A DNA stretch of 64,000 bases. Origin: a cyanobacterium endosymbiont of Rhopalodia gibba (GTDB lineage Bacteria; Cyanobacteriota; Cyanobacteriia; Cyanobacteriales; Microcystaceae). The notes beneath the pieces are model-generated. The model ran no database searches, was not told the DNA's origin, and saw only the letters and a list, made by a program, of their open reading frames with translations. The translations under genes and the position numbers were made by a program. The stretch is taken from contig CP067995.1 of the NCBI GenBank assembly GCA_045159875.1, positions 800,001-864,000 of the forward strand, in the 5' to 3' direction. Of the stretch, positions 25,283 to 35,133 are shown in pieces. The first letter of the stretch is position 1; each line of letters opens with the position of its first letter.

Positions 25283-25565
25283 TGAGTTGTGGAAAGTTTG
25301 GCATTAGAAAATGAGCAATTTTGATGTTCTCCGTACTTTAAGCTATTACGATAGGGATTTCCCAACCTGACGGATAGGGTTTTGGTGTTTTAATACATCA
25401 TCGACTCCCTAAAAACCTAGTTAATCTGGTTGGCCAGTCTACCACAAACAATGATGTTCGACTATATTTATAGTAAATAGTGAGTATCGATGATACTCAT
25501 CATAGTTCAGTAATTATTTATAACGCTTAACTCAACCCGTTGAAGTATCAAATGCGTTAATTAAG

Positions 25566-26057
25566 TTAATAAGCTATAGGAGCTTCAGCCATCCAAAAAT
25601 TTCCATGATTGGAAATCGTGGCATCAGTAACAGATAAGGGGACAACCTTAACATCCGGGAGAAAAATCAAGTCTTTTGGATGGAGTTGAGTTAAACCAGC
25701 TTCTGGTTTTTGGGCTTGTTGAGCTAATTGATGTTTTAAGACTTCATTAGCCCCAACTAAATAGCGTTCCTCCTGTTGTAGCTTAGTTAATTTTCGAAAT
25801 TCTTGACTCCAGAGGGTCGGCACCCGAACTGTCCATCCATAAACACCTAAAGTTAAGGTCACTAGACAAAAAGCAAAGATAGCAGAAACTTTGTTGATAA
25901 GTAAAAGAGATTGTAAATAATAATGTACTTTATCTTTTTTACTCGATATTTTAGCGATTTTTCGGGAATTAACCGATGAATAAGTCGGTAAAGCTCTCCG
26001 TGATTTCTTCAAACGTGAGGATTTAGGGATAGGCTGATAATCACGTGCAGCAGTCAT
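25566..26057 (-). CDS. FtsL-like bitopic coiled-coil protein
   Basis: One TM then coiled coil (LTKLQQEERYLVGANEVLKHQLAQQA); upstream of ftsI. Confidence 0.65.
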   Translation of the reverse strand: MTAARDYQPIPKSSRLKKSRRALPTYSSVNSRKIAKISSKKDKVHYYLQSLLLINKVSAIFAFCLVTLTLGVYGWTVRVPTLWSQEFRKLTKLQQEERYLVGANEVLKHQLAQQAQKPEAGLTQLHPKDLIFLPDVKVVPLSVTDATISNHGNFWMAEAPIAY

Positions 26058-26267
26058 AATCTAGTTGATATTTCAATTGGATAAGAAGTGACTTAAGAGA
26101 ATTTCGATAAATCAATATCGGTGATTAATCCTTATGGAGTCTCGTATAAAAGACGAGGATAACCCTCTTGATGTTGCATAATGAATGACCCAACTGTTCT
26201 GAAATAGAAGACTTATTATATATAGAGTCTATACTAATCCGTTTAATGATTATCTCTGTGATTTTTT

Positions 26268-26747
26268 ATGGTCTATTTCTCAAAAAAATGTTGGTTTGGT
26301 TTTGTGGTGCTTACAACGATCTCCCTTAACTTCAGATTTTACATCCTACCTGTTCAAGGACAGCCGCAATTATACAATCCTATCCCCCTAGCTTCCAATA
26401 ATAAAGTTATGGATACTCTTTCTACTCAAGACATTCCTACCGGAGAAGGGGGATTTGCACGCGATTATTTAGTGGAACTTGAACATGGAGATCAGGTAGC
26501 AATTGACCTGATGTCTGAGGAATTTGATAGTGTTGTTTTACTATTAGCAGCTGACGGGTCTACCATTGCAGAAAATGATGACGGACCTGATGGTTCTACT
26601 AATTCTTTGTTGTTTGCTCGGATTACTGAAAGTGGAAAGTATATCATCCGAATTCGTGCCTTTGGAGAGACAGGAGGAGGAAAATTCACCCTTAAATTAG
26701 ATCGCCTACGTCCGGTCAATAACTTACGTAATAAACCAGCAAGTTAA
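26268..26747 (+). CDS. Secreted PPC (pre-peptidase C-terminal) domain protein
   Basis: Signal-like N-terminus; GDQVAIDLMSEEFD, AENDDG, GKYIIRI; overlaps cobS 3' end by 24 nt. Confidence 0.85.
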   Translation: MVYFSKKCWFGFVVLTTISLNFRFYILPVQGQPQLYNPIPLASNNKVMDTLSTQDIPTGEGGFARDYLVELEHGDQVAIDLMSEEFDSVVLLLAADGSTIAENDDGPDGSTNSLLFARITESGKYIIRIRAFGETGGGKFTLKLDRLRPVNNLRNKPAS

Positions 26748-27509
26748 GATACTTAAGATTAAAGCTTCACTCCATTCTACCACTGCACCGTAGGTATCCC
26801 CTGTATGTCCACCGAAACGCTGATAAAACCAGAAACCTGTGATAATAGCAATAGTACTCCCAACTACAGCTACCTCAACTCCCAACCACCAACGATGAAC
26901 ATTGAAGAGAATTAACAATCCACTGAGGGTTAATAAACTTCCTAATCCTAAAAATAGATCTTGGGGTAACTGAATACTTTGCTTGTGAAATACGCCTTTA
27001 CCGGTAGGTTTTAGGTAAGGATAAAAAGTTATGGCAGCTACCTGTCCCCATCGTCCCCATCCTGCGGCTATCATTAATACCAACCAACGATAACTGGTTA
27101 TCTCACTTAAAGCAATGGTTTTTAACCCTAATATAACGACCGCGGCAATTACGCCAAAAGCTCCGGTTACACTATCTTGCATAATTTCCAACCGACGAGC
27201 AGAGTCAGTTGCCCCTAATCCATCAGCTGTATCGATGGCACCGTCTAAGTGTAATCCTCCCGTTAAAACAAGCCAAACAGCGACAATTAAAGCACTACGG
27301 ATGGCTATGGGAAATCCCAAAAAGTTTAAGCCCACATCTGCTAGTCCTAACCCTCCTCCGAGTAATATTCCTAGTAATGGAGACCATCGAGCTAGTTGTT
27401 GAAACAACTGTGGCCATCGCAAAGGAAGGGGAATAATTGTATAAAATGTGATCGCTCCTAAAAATGTTTTCAAATCATATTCAAGATGTTGGACAATTTT
27501 TTTAACCAT
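26724..27509 (-). CDS. cobS: Adenosylcobinamide-GDP ribazoletransferase
   Basis: TGGLHLDGAIDTADG, IMQDSVTGAFG, GGHTGDTYGA. Confidence 0.96.
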   Translation of the reverse strand: MVKKIVQHLEYDLKTFLGAITFYTIIPLPLRWPQLFQQLARWSPLLGILLGGGLGLADVGLNFLGFPIAIRSALIVAVWLVLTGGLHLDGAIDTADGLGATDSARRLEIMQDSVTGAFGVIAAVVILGLKTIALSEITSYRWLVLMIAAGWGRWGQVAAITFYPYLKPTGKGVFHKQSIQLPQDLFLGLGSLLTLSGLLILFNVHRWWLGVEVAVVGSTIAIITGFWFYQRFGGHTGDTYGAVVEWSEALILSILTCWFIT

Positions 27510-28735
27510 TCAGATACTGTTGAGCATTGACTGAAATAATTCCTTTAAATGTTAGTAAATTTACTTATTATTGGTGCTTGAGAAAGCATAACTATAACTA
27601 TTTTACCAACTGATCTCTAAAATTTAGAGTAATCTGTGAGTAGCTAAACTTAAAAAAATATAAAATGGTAAGGATAGTTTAGAAAAGAGAGAGTACTAGA
27701 TCTCGAGTTGCTCAAAATTCAGCTGATATAATTAGGAGAGTTAGAACTATCAAAGTTGACTTGCGCCCAAAATTTTTTCAGAATTAGAGCAAGAGCAGAA
27801 ATTTTATCTTTAAACTTAAAAGGATAAAAAATTAAATAAATGACAAATTTAATGAAATTATTAATTGTTTTTTAAAAACAATTAATAGGTCAATTTTTAA
27901 AGAATTAGAACGATTGTAAAAATTTGCAAAAAGTAAAAAAAAGTAACTTAGAAAGAAAAAAGATAATTTATCTTAAATGTATCTAGAAAAAATATCAGAT
28001 CATTATTTGTGATAGTTCAAGATTAATTAAACCTTTAAAAAAAAGGGAAGAAAATCTCAACTAGATACAGGACTAATTCATATCTGTTTTGTGACTGTAA
28101 CTAAAAATTAAGAAATAAGTATAAAAAATCATTTAATTTATAAAGATAAAGAAGTTATTTTTTTGGGGGGCAAGAATATAAATGAAGGACAGAAATACTG
28201 TTAGAATAAAGAATGTAGATACAATAATTATTTTTGATAATCACTCAGTGCATATGAGTGCTTGAGTTCAAGCCCAACTGAGACAATAGAAAGAGAAAAG
28301 GTTATATTTATAATTTTTACTAACTTCTAGTCAACAAGAAGTTTACTAGCAGGAAGACGGCACAAATAAAAGTTCATTAACTCACCGAAAATATACATAA
28401 CTAAGCTAGTTATATAAAGTCCTCCTTAAGAAGGTTACTCTAAACAATATCAACCAAATTAATATAGATCAAACTCTAATTATTTCAGTCTAAAACTAGA
28501 AAATAATTCACTTTTTCAAAGTTTACTTAAAGCTGTTTACTTAGCATCAGTATAATGTAGGTAACAATTTAAAGATAAGACTGCCTTGAGTTATCTCTCA
28601 TCAAAATTTTAAGAAATAATCATAGGATCTTGGGTTAGGATCGTATGGTAAGGGATTACTCTTACTCGTACATCATCGCCCATTAGTTATCTACCCTTAG
28701 GTTGAACTAATGGTCGCACCTATAGGCAATTTTCC

Positions 28736-29194
28736 ATGAGTCATAAGCACACCTCACACCCATTACCTGCTCCTTGTATTATTGACGTTGGTGTTATCAT
28801 CAACAACGAAGATATGCGACGGGTTCTCAATGATTTAATTCGTGTTCATTATATTCATACTCTTGATGAAGAAGTACAGAGTGAAGGGGATGGATGGGTT
28901 GTTGAAGTTTTTAGCCATCCTCAGCAGGGCACTATTATTGCTAATCACTCTCTCTATCTTAATGTTCAAAGCTTCGACTATTTACAATTACACCGTTTAC
29001 CTACTCAGAAAACTTACTTTGATCTAATGCAAGATCATCGTTGTCTAAGATTAATTCCCATTACTCACTCTTCTAAAACCCTAGAATTGGATTCCAATCT
29101 GGATGTTGCTACCCTCGAAGCCATGGTTACTCAAGTTTTGGCTGCTAAATGGGATGTTCAGTTGGACAACAAAGATGATGATTGTCCTTTTTGA
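28736..29194 (+). CDS. Hypothetical protein, cyanobacterial type
   Basis: Intact 152-aa ORF with normal coding composition, convergent with nadB. Confidence 0.75.
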   Translation: MSHKHTSHPLPAPCIIDVGVIINNEDMRRVLNDLIRVHYIHTLDEEVQSEGDGWVVEVFSHPQQGTIIANHSLYLNVQSFDYLQLHRLPTQKTYFDLMQDHRCLRLIPITHSSKTLELDSNLDVATLEAMVTQVLAAKWDVQLDNKDDDCPF

Positions 29195-29199
29195 AACAA

Positions 29200-30888
29200 T
29201 TACACCGATTCAACTTCATTAGTTCTAGATTGGTGACTGCAGATTAGGGTGTGCACCTGCCATTGAAGAGAGGATTTAGGATAATCAATCCGATAATGTC
29301 CTCCACGACTTTCTGTTCGAAACAAAGCACTTGTCAAGATTAAGTAGGCAATATCTAGTAAATTCAAGGTCTCCGCACAAGTTCGTAGATGAGTGTGTGC
29401 TGTAGGAGAGTCAAAAACTATTTGCTGGCCAGGCTCTAAGTTTAGCACATATTGGCTACTTTCGATATGCGTTAATTGTTCTCGCCAGTCTTTAACTTGA
29501 TTTAAAGCCGTTTCTAATAGACTTTGCTCTCGACAAATTCCCGCACTTTTCCAGAGTAAAATCGGCAAATTTTGATTAATATTCTTAATTAACTCTATTT
29601 CTGTGGTCCATTCTCCCTTTTTCCTTACAACTGAAATTTTGTCTAGACTAATTGTCGGTGGTGAACTTACTTCAATTTTGGACAACTGAGCTGCAAACAC
29701 CAGGCACTCTAGCAAAGAATTACTAGCTAAACGATTGGCTCCATGAACCCCTGTACTAGCAGTTTCTCCAATAGCATAGAGTCCCTTAATAGAAGTCTCG
29801 TTCTTAAGATTTACGCAAATGCCCCCCATCCAGTAATGGGCAGCTGGAGCGACAGGAATTGGCTCTTTAAATACATCTACCCCCCAATTTCGACATACTT
29901 GAATAATATTGGGAAAACGGCGGCGAATTCGTTCAGATTCAATAGGACGTAAATCAAGATAGACATAGCCGTGGGCAGGATCTACTGCAGTCTTTTGCAA
30001 GTGGCTAAAAATAGCACGACTAACTACATCTCTAGGAGCTAACTCTCCATTTGGATGATAATCAAAAGTAAAGCGTCGCCCTTGGTGATCGATTAAGTGT
30101 GCTCCTTCTCCCCGCACTGCTTCACTAATAAGAAAATGAGGAGCATTATGTTTAATTAAAGCTGTTGGATGAAACTGAAAAAACTCTAGGTCCTTTAGGA
30201 CTGCTCCTCCTCGCCAAGCTAAAGCTACACCATCTCCTGTACTAACAGTAGGATTAGTCGTTTGAGCATAAACTCGACCGCCTCCACCGGTGGCCAAAAT
30301 TACTGCAGATGAACGAACCCAATGAATTTGTCTTTGATATAGAACACTGACCCCTAGACATTCTTTTTGCACAGAATTAAGCCACAATTTTAAAGCAACT
30401 GCTTGAGGAATAATTGTAATATTGGGGCGTTCTAACACCTTTTCTGTGAGAGTACTAATAATTGCCCGTCCTGTAGTATCTGCTGCATGAAGCACACGAG
30501 GATGAGAATGGGCAGCTTCTAGAGTCATGGCCAATTGGCTATTTTTTCGGTCAAATGCTACTCCCATTTTCACTAAAGAATCAATCGCCCTAGGGGCTTC
30601 CTTGACAAGGAATTCGACAGCACCATAATCACACAATTGAACACCCGCTTTGAGGGTATCTTCTAGATGACACTGTGGAGAATCGTTAGGAGCGATCGCT
30701 GCTGCAATTCCCCCCTGCGCCCAATCACTAGCTCCTGTTTTTAAAGTATCTTTGGTAATTAATCCAACTCGATACTTTGGGGGCAAACACAAGGCACCAT
30801 ACAGTCCGGCTGCCCCTGAACCTACTACTAAAATATCAAACGTGGTTGTCAGAGGGTCAAAAGAAGCAAAATTAGCTGATGATATCAA
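29200..30888 (-). CDS. nadB: L-aspartate oxidase
   Basis: GSGAAG, SDWAQGGIA, QFHPT, GVHGANRLASNSL, ESRGGH. Confidence 0.97.
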   Translation of the reverse strand: MISSANFASFDPLTTTFDILVVGSGAAGLYGALCLPPKYRVGLITKDTLKTGASDWAQGGIAAAIAPNDSPQCHLEDTLKAGVQLCDYGAVEFLVKEAPRAIDSLVKMGVAFDRKNSQLAMTLEAAHSHPRVLHAADTTGRAIISTLTEKVLERPNITIIPQAVALKLWLNSVQKECLGVSVLYQRQIHWVRSSAVILATGGGGRVYAQTTNPTVSTGDGVALAWRGGAVLKDLEFFQFHPTALIKHNAPHFLISEAVRGEGAHLIDHQGRRFTFDYHPNGELAPRDVVSRAIFSHLQKTAVDPAHGYVYLDLRPIESERIRRRFPNIIQVCRNWGVDVFKEPIPVAPAAHYWMGGICVNLKNETSIKGLYAIGETASTGVHGANRLASNSLLECLVFAAQLSKIEVSSPPTISLDKISVVRKKGEWTTEIELIKNINQNLPILLWKSAGICREQSLLETALNQVKDWREQLTHIESSQYVLNLEPGQQIVFDSPTAHTHLRTCAETLNLLDIAYLILTSALFRTESRGGHYRIDYPKSSLQWQVHTLICSHQSRTNEVESV

Positions 30889-31039
30889 AGTAATAAAAAT
30901 GGTTGTCTATAAATTTTTTTTATTTTAACTTTTTTGTCCTAGCCACAGCCTTCTATCATTTTAGTTCGTTAATTAAATAACTCAAAAAAATACTCGATTA
31001 AGAGTAAATTCGCGAAAAAATGATTTTTTAAAGTAGAGT

Positions 31040-31394
31040 TCAGTGAATAACTGGGTTTAAACGCTCATCTTCTTTGGTGAGTTCACTAGCCGGAAGATTT
31101 ACTAATACATTTGGACGTTTTCCTAGTTTTTACTGAGTTCAGAGATTTCTAAAATATATTCTACCTCTAGAATAAGGAAAGTTAACAATAATATTATTGC
31201 TTAGGTCAGGATAGAAGTCACTTAATTCCCAAAACTAACGAATATTGCTATTGTTTAAATTAAACTTTTGAGCATATGGAGTTAAGTTTGTATCTACTAG
31301 GTTGAGAGTAGGTGTAGCTAATACCTGTTTCACAAATACCTAAACAACTAATTGTTACAACTAAGACAGCGATAATACAAACTAAGGTTTTTAT
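31040..31394 (-). pseudogene. psbU: Photosystem II extrinsic protein PsbU pseudogene
   Basis: (ATA)KTLVCIIAVLVVTISCLG / FVKQVLA..NLVDTNLTPYAQKFNLNNSNIR*FWELSDFYPDLSNNIIVNFPY...ELTKEDERLNPVIH* parallels PsbU (KIDLNNSDIRDFR.LRGFYP.LA..IIKNAPY...DDRINPGVY); psbU-nadB synteny. Confidence 0.85.
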
Positions 31395-31830
31395 TAATTT
31401 AATTCCTCTCAAAAAAAACTCAGATAATTTACCTTCTTGAAAGATCAGTAAGAAATTTTGTTCATCAATAAAGGCAGATTAAGATGAGTTCGATTTATAT
31501 CATGCAAGAAGTAAATCTGATAGCTTCAAATTCTTGTCAGATTAGGGATGTAAAGGACAACACCCCCTAACTGCTATGAATTCTAAGTCCGTAATAATTC
31601 AAGAAAAAGTTAAAAGTAGTCTTAAGCTATTTTTTCCTCTATGAGACTGTAGTTTTATCTATTGTTATTATCTTAGAGTAGAGTGGTTTTTAAGACTGAT
31701 CAATTTCGCTTCTATTCCGCAATAACTCTATTTTAAATCAGCCTGTTTTTACTTTTTTTCCTATTTAAAGGTAATTTTCTCAAGGAATTATAAATTCTGA
31801 TCGATGCTAGATTCGTTGACTTATATTAGT

Positions 31831-31876
31831 TATACTCCTCCCGACGCCGACTTAAGTATACAGTGCGAACTTCTCT
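31831..31876 (-). mobile_element. Orphan end resembling a cyanobacterial IS200/IS605 (tnpB) right end
   Basis: gagaagttcgcactgtatacttaagtcggcgtcgggaggagtata resembles remembered GAAGCCCGCACTGTA...GTCGGGAG...GTCAC ends; GC-rich patch in AT-rich DNA. Confidence 0.45.
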
Positions 31877-32334
31877 GGACTAAGATAAAAACCTAATCTA
31901 ATTCAAGATTAAGATGTAAGAGGGTTAATTTTATAAACGGTAGTGGATTACTCTGTTGGTAAATTGAAAAACAGAAAACCGTTTCGATTAAATTTTAGGA
32001 GAATCAAAACACTATCACCTAGAAAAAACCCATAAATGAGGTCAAATCAAAAAAAATAATCGCACATATTCAGAATAAATTTATTGCTGATAGTGGATTC
32101 TATCTGGATAGATTTAAAGTAAAAACAATATTAGTCGCTCCCAAAAATCAAGCTGTCTTCCATAGATATTCCTATTAAAATAATAGAAATTAACAATAAA
32201 GCTAATCAACTCTACAACTAATTAAATATTTTTAAGTAATTTATAGTTTTGTTAATTATTTAGATACTATGAAGTAATAAAAAGGATAAAATCATTGCTT
32301 TATAGAAGAAAATACTCTTAAATCAAAGCATAAT

Positions 32335-32635
32335 AATTGCTAGAAAAAGATGATGATGTTACATAGACAAGGATTAAAGACTCACTCACACATAAAAATC
32401 GGTGTAACGGTTAATGATTCTACTATGTGTCGTTTAGTCCAAAAAACTTGAGTCAACAAAAAAATACCTCATCCCGTGGCAGCTTATACACATAGAATTC
32501 AACCTCTAAGACAGGAACATTCGAGAAAACTAGGACTGAAAGTTTCAGACCTAGTTTTTAGTTACGAAACCGGAGTTTAGTCAGTTACAATGCGTCTGTG
32601 TATCGAAGCAACTTTAAAAAATAAGCTTATGGAAA
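32335..32635 (+). mobile_element. Decayed IS630-family transposase fragment
   Basis: KIGVTVNDSTMCRLVQK...RIQPLRQEHSRKLGLKVSDLVFSYETGV parallels IS630 VS.STM.R.LQKL...LVFIDETGV. Confidence 0.7.
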
Positions 32636-32701
32636 GACAAAGAGACAGCTAAAATGGAAAAAATCACAAATATTTTACTAGTCCTAGAAAAGATATCTCG
32701 A

Positions 32702-32975
32702 ATAAAAAAGAAAACAAGAGATATTTTTAAAACTCAAATAACGGGTTATGAGGCTTACGATAAATTTATAGAATGGACAGAGAATACCTATTAATTTTTT
32801 ACAAAAAATTACCAAATAATAAGTAAATAAATTAATAAAATTATAGGATATTTAAATAATAAAATTTTTTAAAAAGTGGGAGAAAAGAGCAATTATTAAA
32901 TTTAATTAATTAAAAATTAAGCTTATGACTTAACTAATTTTGATAACTATTCAAAAATAGTTTTATTCAACTTCT
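32702..32975 (+). mobile_element. Decayed ISL3-family transposase, C-terminal part
   Basis: One frame: TRDIFKTQITGYEAYDKFIEWTENTY*FFTKNYQIISK*INKIIGYLNN...LIKN*AYDLTNFDNY. Confidence 0.75.
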
Positions 32976-33584
32976 ATTTTTTCTACTAACTTATTATTTT
33001 CGAGAGAATAAAGCTTTTATACTTCTTCTATAGATATGTAAGTTCGAGAATTAAGTAAATTAACTTATCTAAAAAGTAAAGTTTAGTAAAATTTTAGAGA
33101 TAAGGACAGATTCAACCTAAATATACTGTAAAAGAAAGGACTAAATACAATAATTATTCTCAATATAAGATACAAGTAGTTCAGTTCAAGTTAAATTAAA
33201 AATAATAAGAATGACAAGGATTATGTATATATTTTTTCTGGTAGTTTATATCTAGAACTAAACATAATATAAATATTATTTAGCTAAAGCCGTTAAAGAA
33301 ATTCTTACTCAAAGTAGTCACTTGAAAAAATTAATTAAAGTAATGTCAATTAAACTCTAATCGCTCACAATATAGAGAGACACAACAATTTGCTTTTTTA
33401 ATATTTCTTTAGGGGTACCCACTCATAGGTTTAAGAAAATAAAATGCTCCTCTGAACCAACTGTGGCAAAATTTTAATAAACAAAAGCTGAAAATAAAGT
33501 TTTCGGCTATTAATTTGTCATACTTAGTCTATGCAAACCAATAGAATTGCTTAATTAAGCTAAATATCGAGATATTTCTTATTT

Positions 33585-35090
33585 CTATTTTCTCTCTGCC
33601 CGCCACTGCTGCATAACAACAGTGATGTCTGGTTTTCTTATTAATAAAACACCTACTTGGGTTTCATTCCAACGTACTATCCAAGAAGGTTGAAGTCCCA
33701 AAACTACAATGCATAAAGACAAAATAAAAGCGGGAATTTTTTCTGACCACAAAACACGGGGTAATTGAGCTAGTTCAGGAGTTAACCGACCAAAAAAGAC
33801 ACGGTTAATCATCAATGAGAAATAAACTGCCGTTAAACCGCTTCCAACTAAACATAATAAAGTTTGAATCGGAAAAATAGGAAAGCTTCCGCGAAATACC
33901 AAAAACTCTGCAATAAAACCGGCCATCCCTGGAATTCCAACACTCGCCATTACTCCTAAAATCATTAAACTTCCCGTAATCGGTAAACCCCGTTGAGGGT
34001 TGAGCAACCCCTGTAAAAAGTCCACATCACGGCTTCCGGTCTTTTTGTAAACTACTCCAACCAAAAGAAATAATAGGGCAGAAATTAACCCGTGACTAAC
34101 CATCTGAAAGGTAGCGGCAGTAATACTTAAGTGAGTGGCAGCCGCCGCAGCTAATAAAATATAGCCCATATGAGCAATGGAAGAATAGGCGACCACTTTC
34201 TTCATATCTTTTTGAAGAATTGCGCACGATGCTCCATACAAAACACTAATAGCAGCCAATGTAGCTAACCATGGAGCCATAAATACCCAAGCATCGACAA
34301 ATAATCCTATTCCAAAACGTAATAACCCGTAAGTTCCTAATTTTAATAATATTCCTGCCAACAAAACTGAAATAGGAGTTGAAGCTTCCACGTGAGCATC
34401 AGGTAACCAGGTGTGGAAAGGAAAAATAGGTATTTTAATTCCTAAACCAAGGATAAGGGGAGCCAGTAAAATTAACTGAGTTGATAAAGGTAAGGTATGA
34501 GTGCGTAATGTCTCATAATCGAAGCTAGATGACTTTGAAAACCATGCTAATCCTAAAAATGAAGTCAAAATTAGAATTCCTGAAACTGTTGTGTATAGAA
34601 GAAATTTCATCGAGGCATAACCCCGCTTTGTCCCCCCCCAAATTCCAATGAGAAAATACAATGGGATAATTTCTAACTCAAAAAAGAGGAAAAAGAGTAA
34701 AACATTTTGGGCAATAAATGCCCCCATTACCCCGCTATTAAGGATTAAAATTAAGACATAATAAAATCGTGATCGCTTAACATTTTGACTACTAGCATAA
34801 ATTGAGATTAAAGTCAGCAAACTGTTGAGAAAAATAAGAGGAAATGATAAGCCATCAATCCCCAAACGATAATTTAACCCAATCTGCGCAATCCAAGGTA
34901 AATACTCAGTAAACTGGATATTTGGATTAGTAGGGTCGAAATTAAAGCTGAGAATAATATTAATAAGGAGAGATATACTTGCGATTACTATAGCTAACAA
35001 GCGACAATGAACTGAATTTAACTTTCCTGGCCAAACAGCGATTAGGATAGCTCCTACTAATGGAATCCAAATTAAGGCGCTGAGTATCAT
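33585..35090 (-). CDS. ndhD4: NDH-1 subunit NdhD4 (CO2-uptake type)
   Basis: Intact 501 aa; FPFHTWLPDAHVEAST, KKVVAYSSIAHMG; directly follows ndhF4. Confidence 0.88.
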   Translation of the reverse strand: MILSALIWIPLVGAILIAVWPGKLNSVHCRLLAIVIASISLLINIILSFNFDPTNPNIQFTEYLPWIAQIGLNYRLGIDGLSFPLIFLNSLLTLISIYASSQNVKRSRFYYVLILILNSGVMGAFIAQNVLLFFLFFELEIIPLYFLIGIWGGTKRGYASMKFLLYTTVSGILILTSFLGLAWFSKSSSFDYETLRTHTLPLSTQLILLAPLILGLGIKIPIFPFHTWLPDAHVEASTPISVLLAGILLKLGTYGLLRFGIGLFVDAWVFMAPWLATLAAISVLYGASCAILQKDMKKVVAYSSIAHMGYILLAAAAATHLSITAATFQMVSHGLISALLFLLVGVVYKKTGSRDVDFLQGLLNPQRGLPITGSLMILGVMASVGIPGMAGFIAEFLVFRGSFPIFPIQTLLCLVGSGLTAVYFSLMINRVFFGRLTPELAQLPRVLWSEKIPAFILSLCIVVLGLQPSWIVRWNETQVGVLLIRKPDITVVMQQWRAERK

Positions 35091-35133
35091 TAATACATCG
35101 ACTCCTTACTGCTACTCAAAACTTGAACTAATT

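Noticed and set aside
25360..25435. Loose hairpin (ccaacc...ggttgg) between ftsL-like gene and ftsI
   Set aside because: Imperfect pairing and no match to an RNA family I know
27750..27815. Possible tgt remnant (RARAEI) divergent from cobS
   Set aside because: Only a few matching residues; suggested by synteny alone
28241..28290. tRNA T-arm-like string gagttcaagccc
   Set aside because: No cloverleaf can be built and the T stem is imperfect
33200..33580. Expected cupB downstream of ndhD4
   Set aside because: No CupB-like peptide seen in the frames I read
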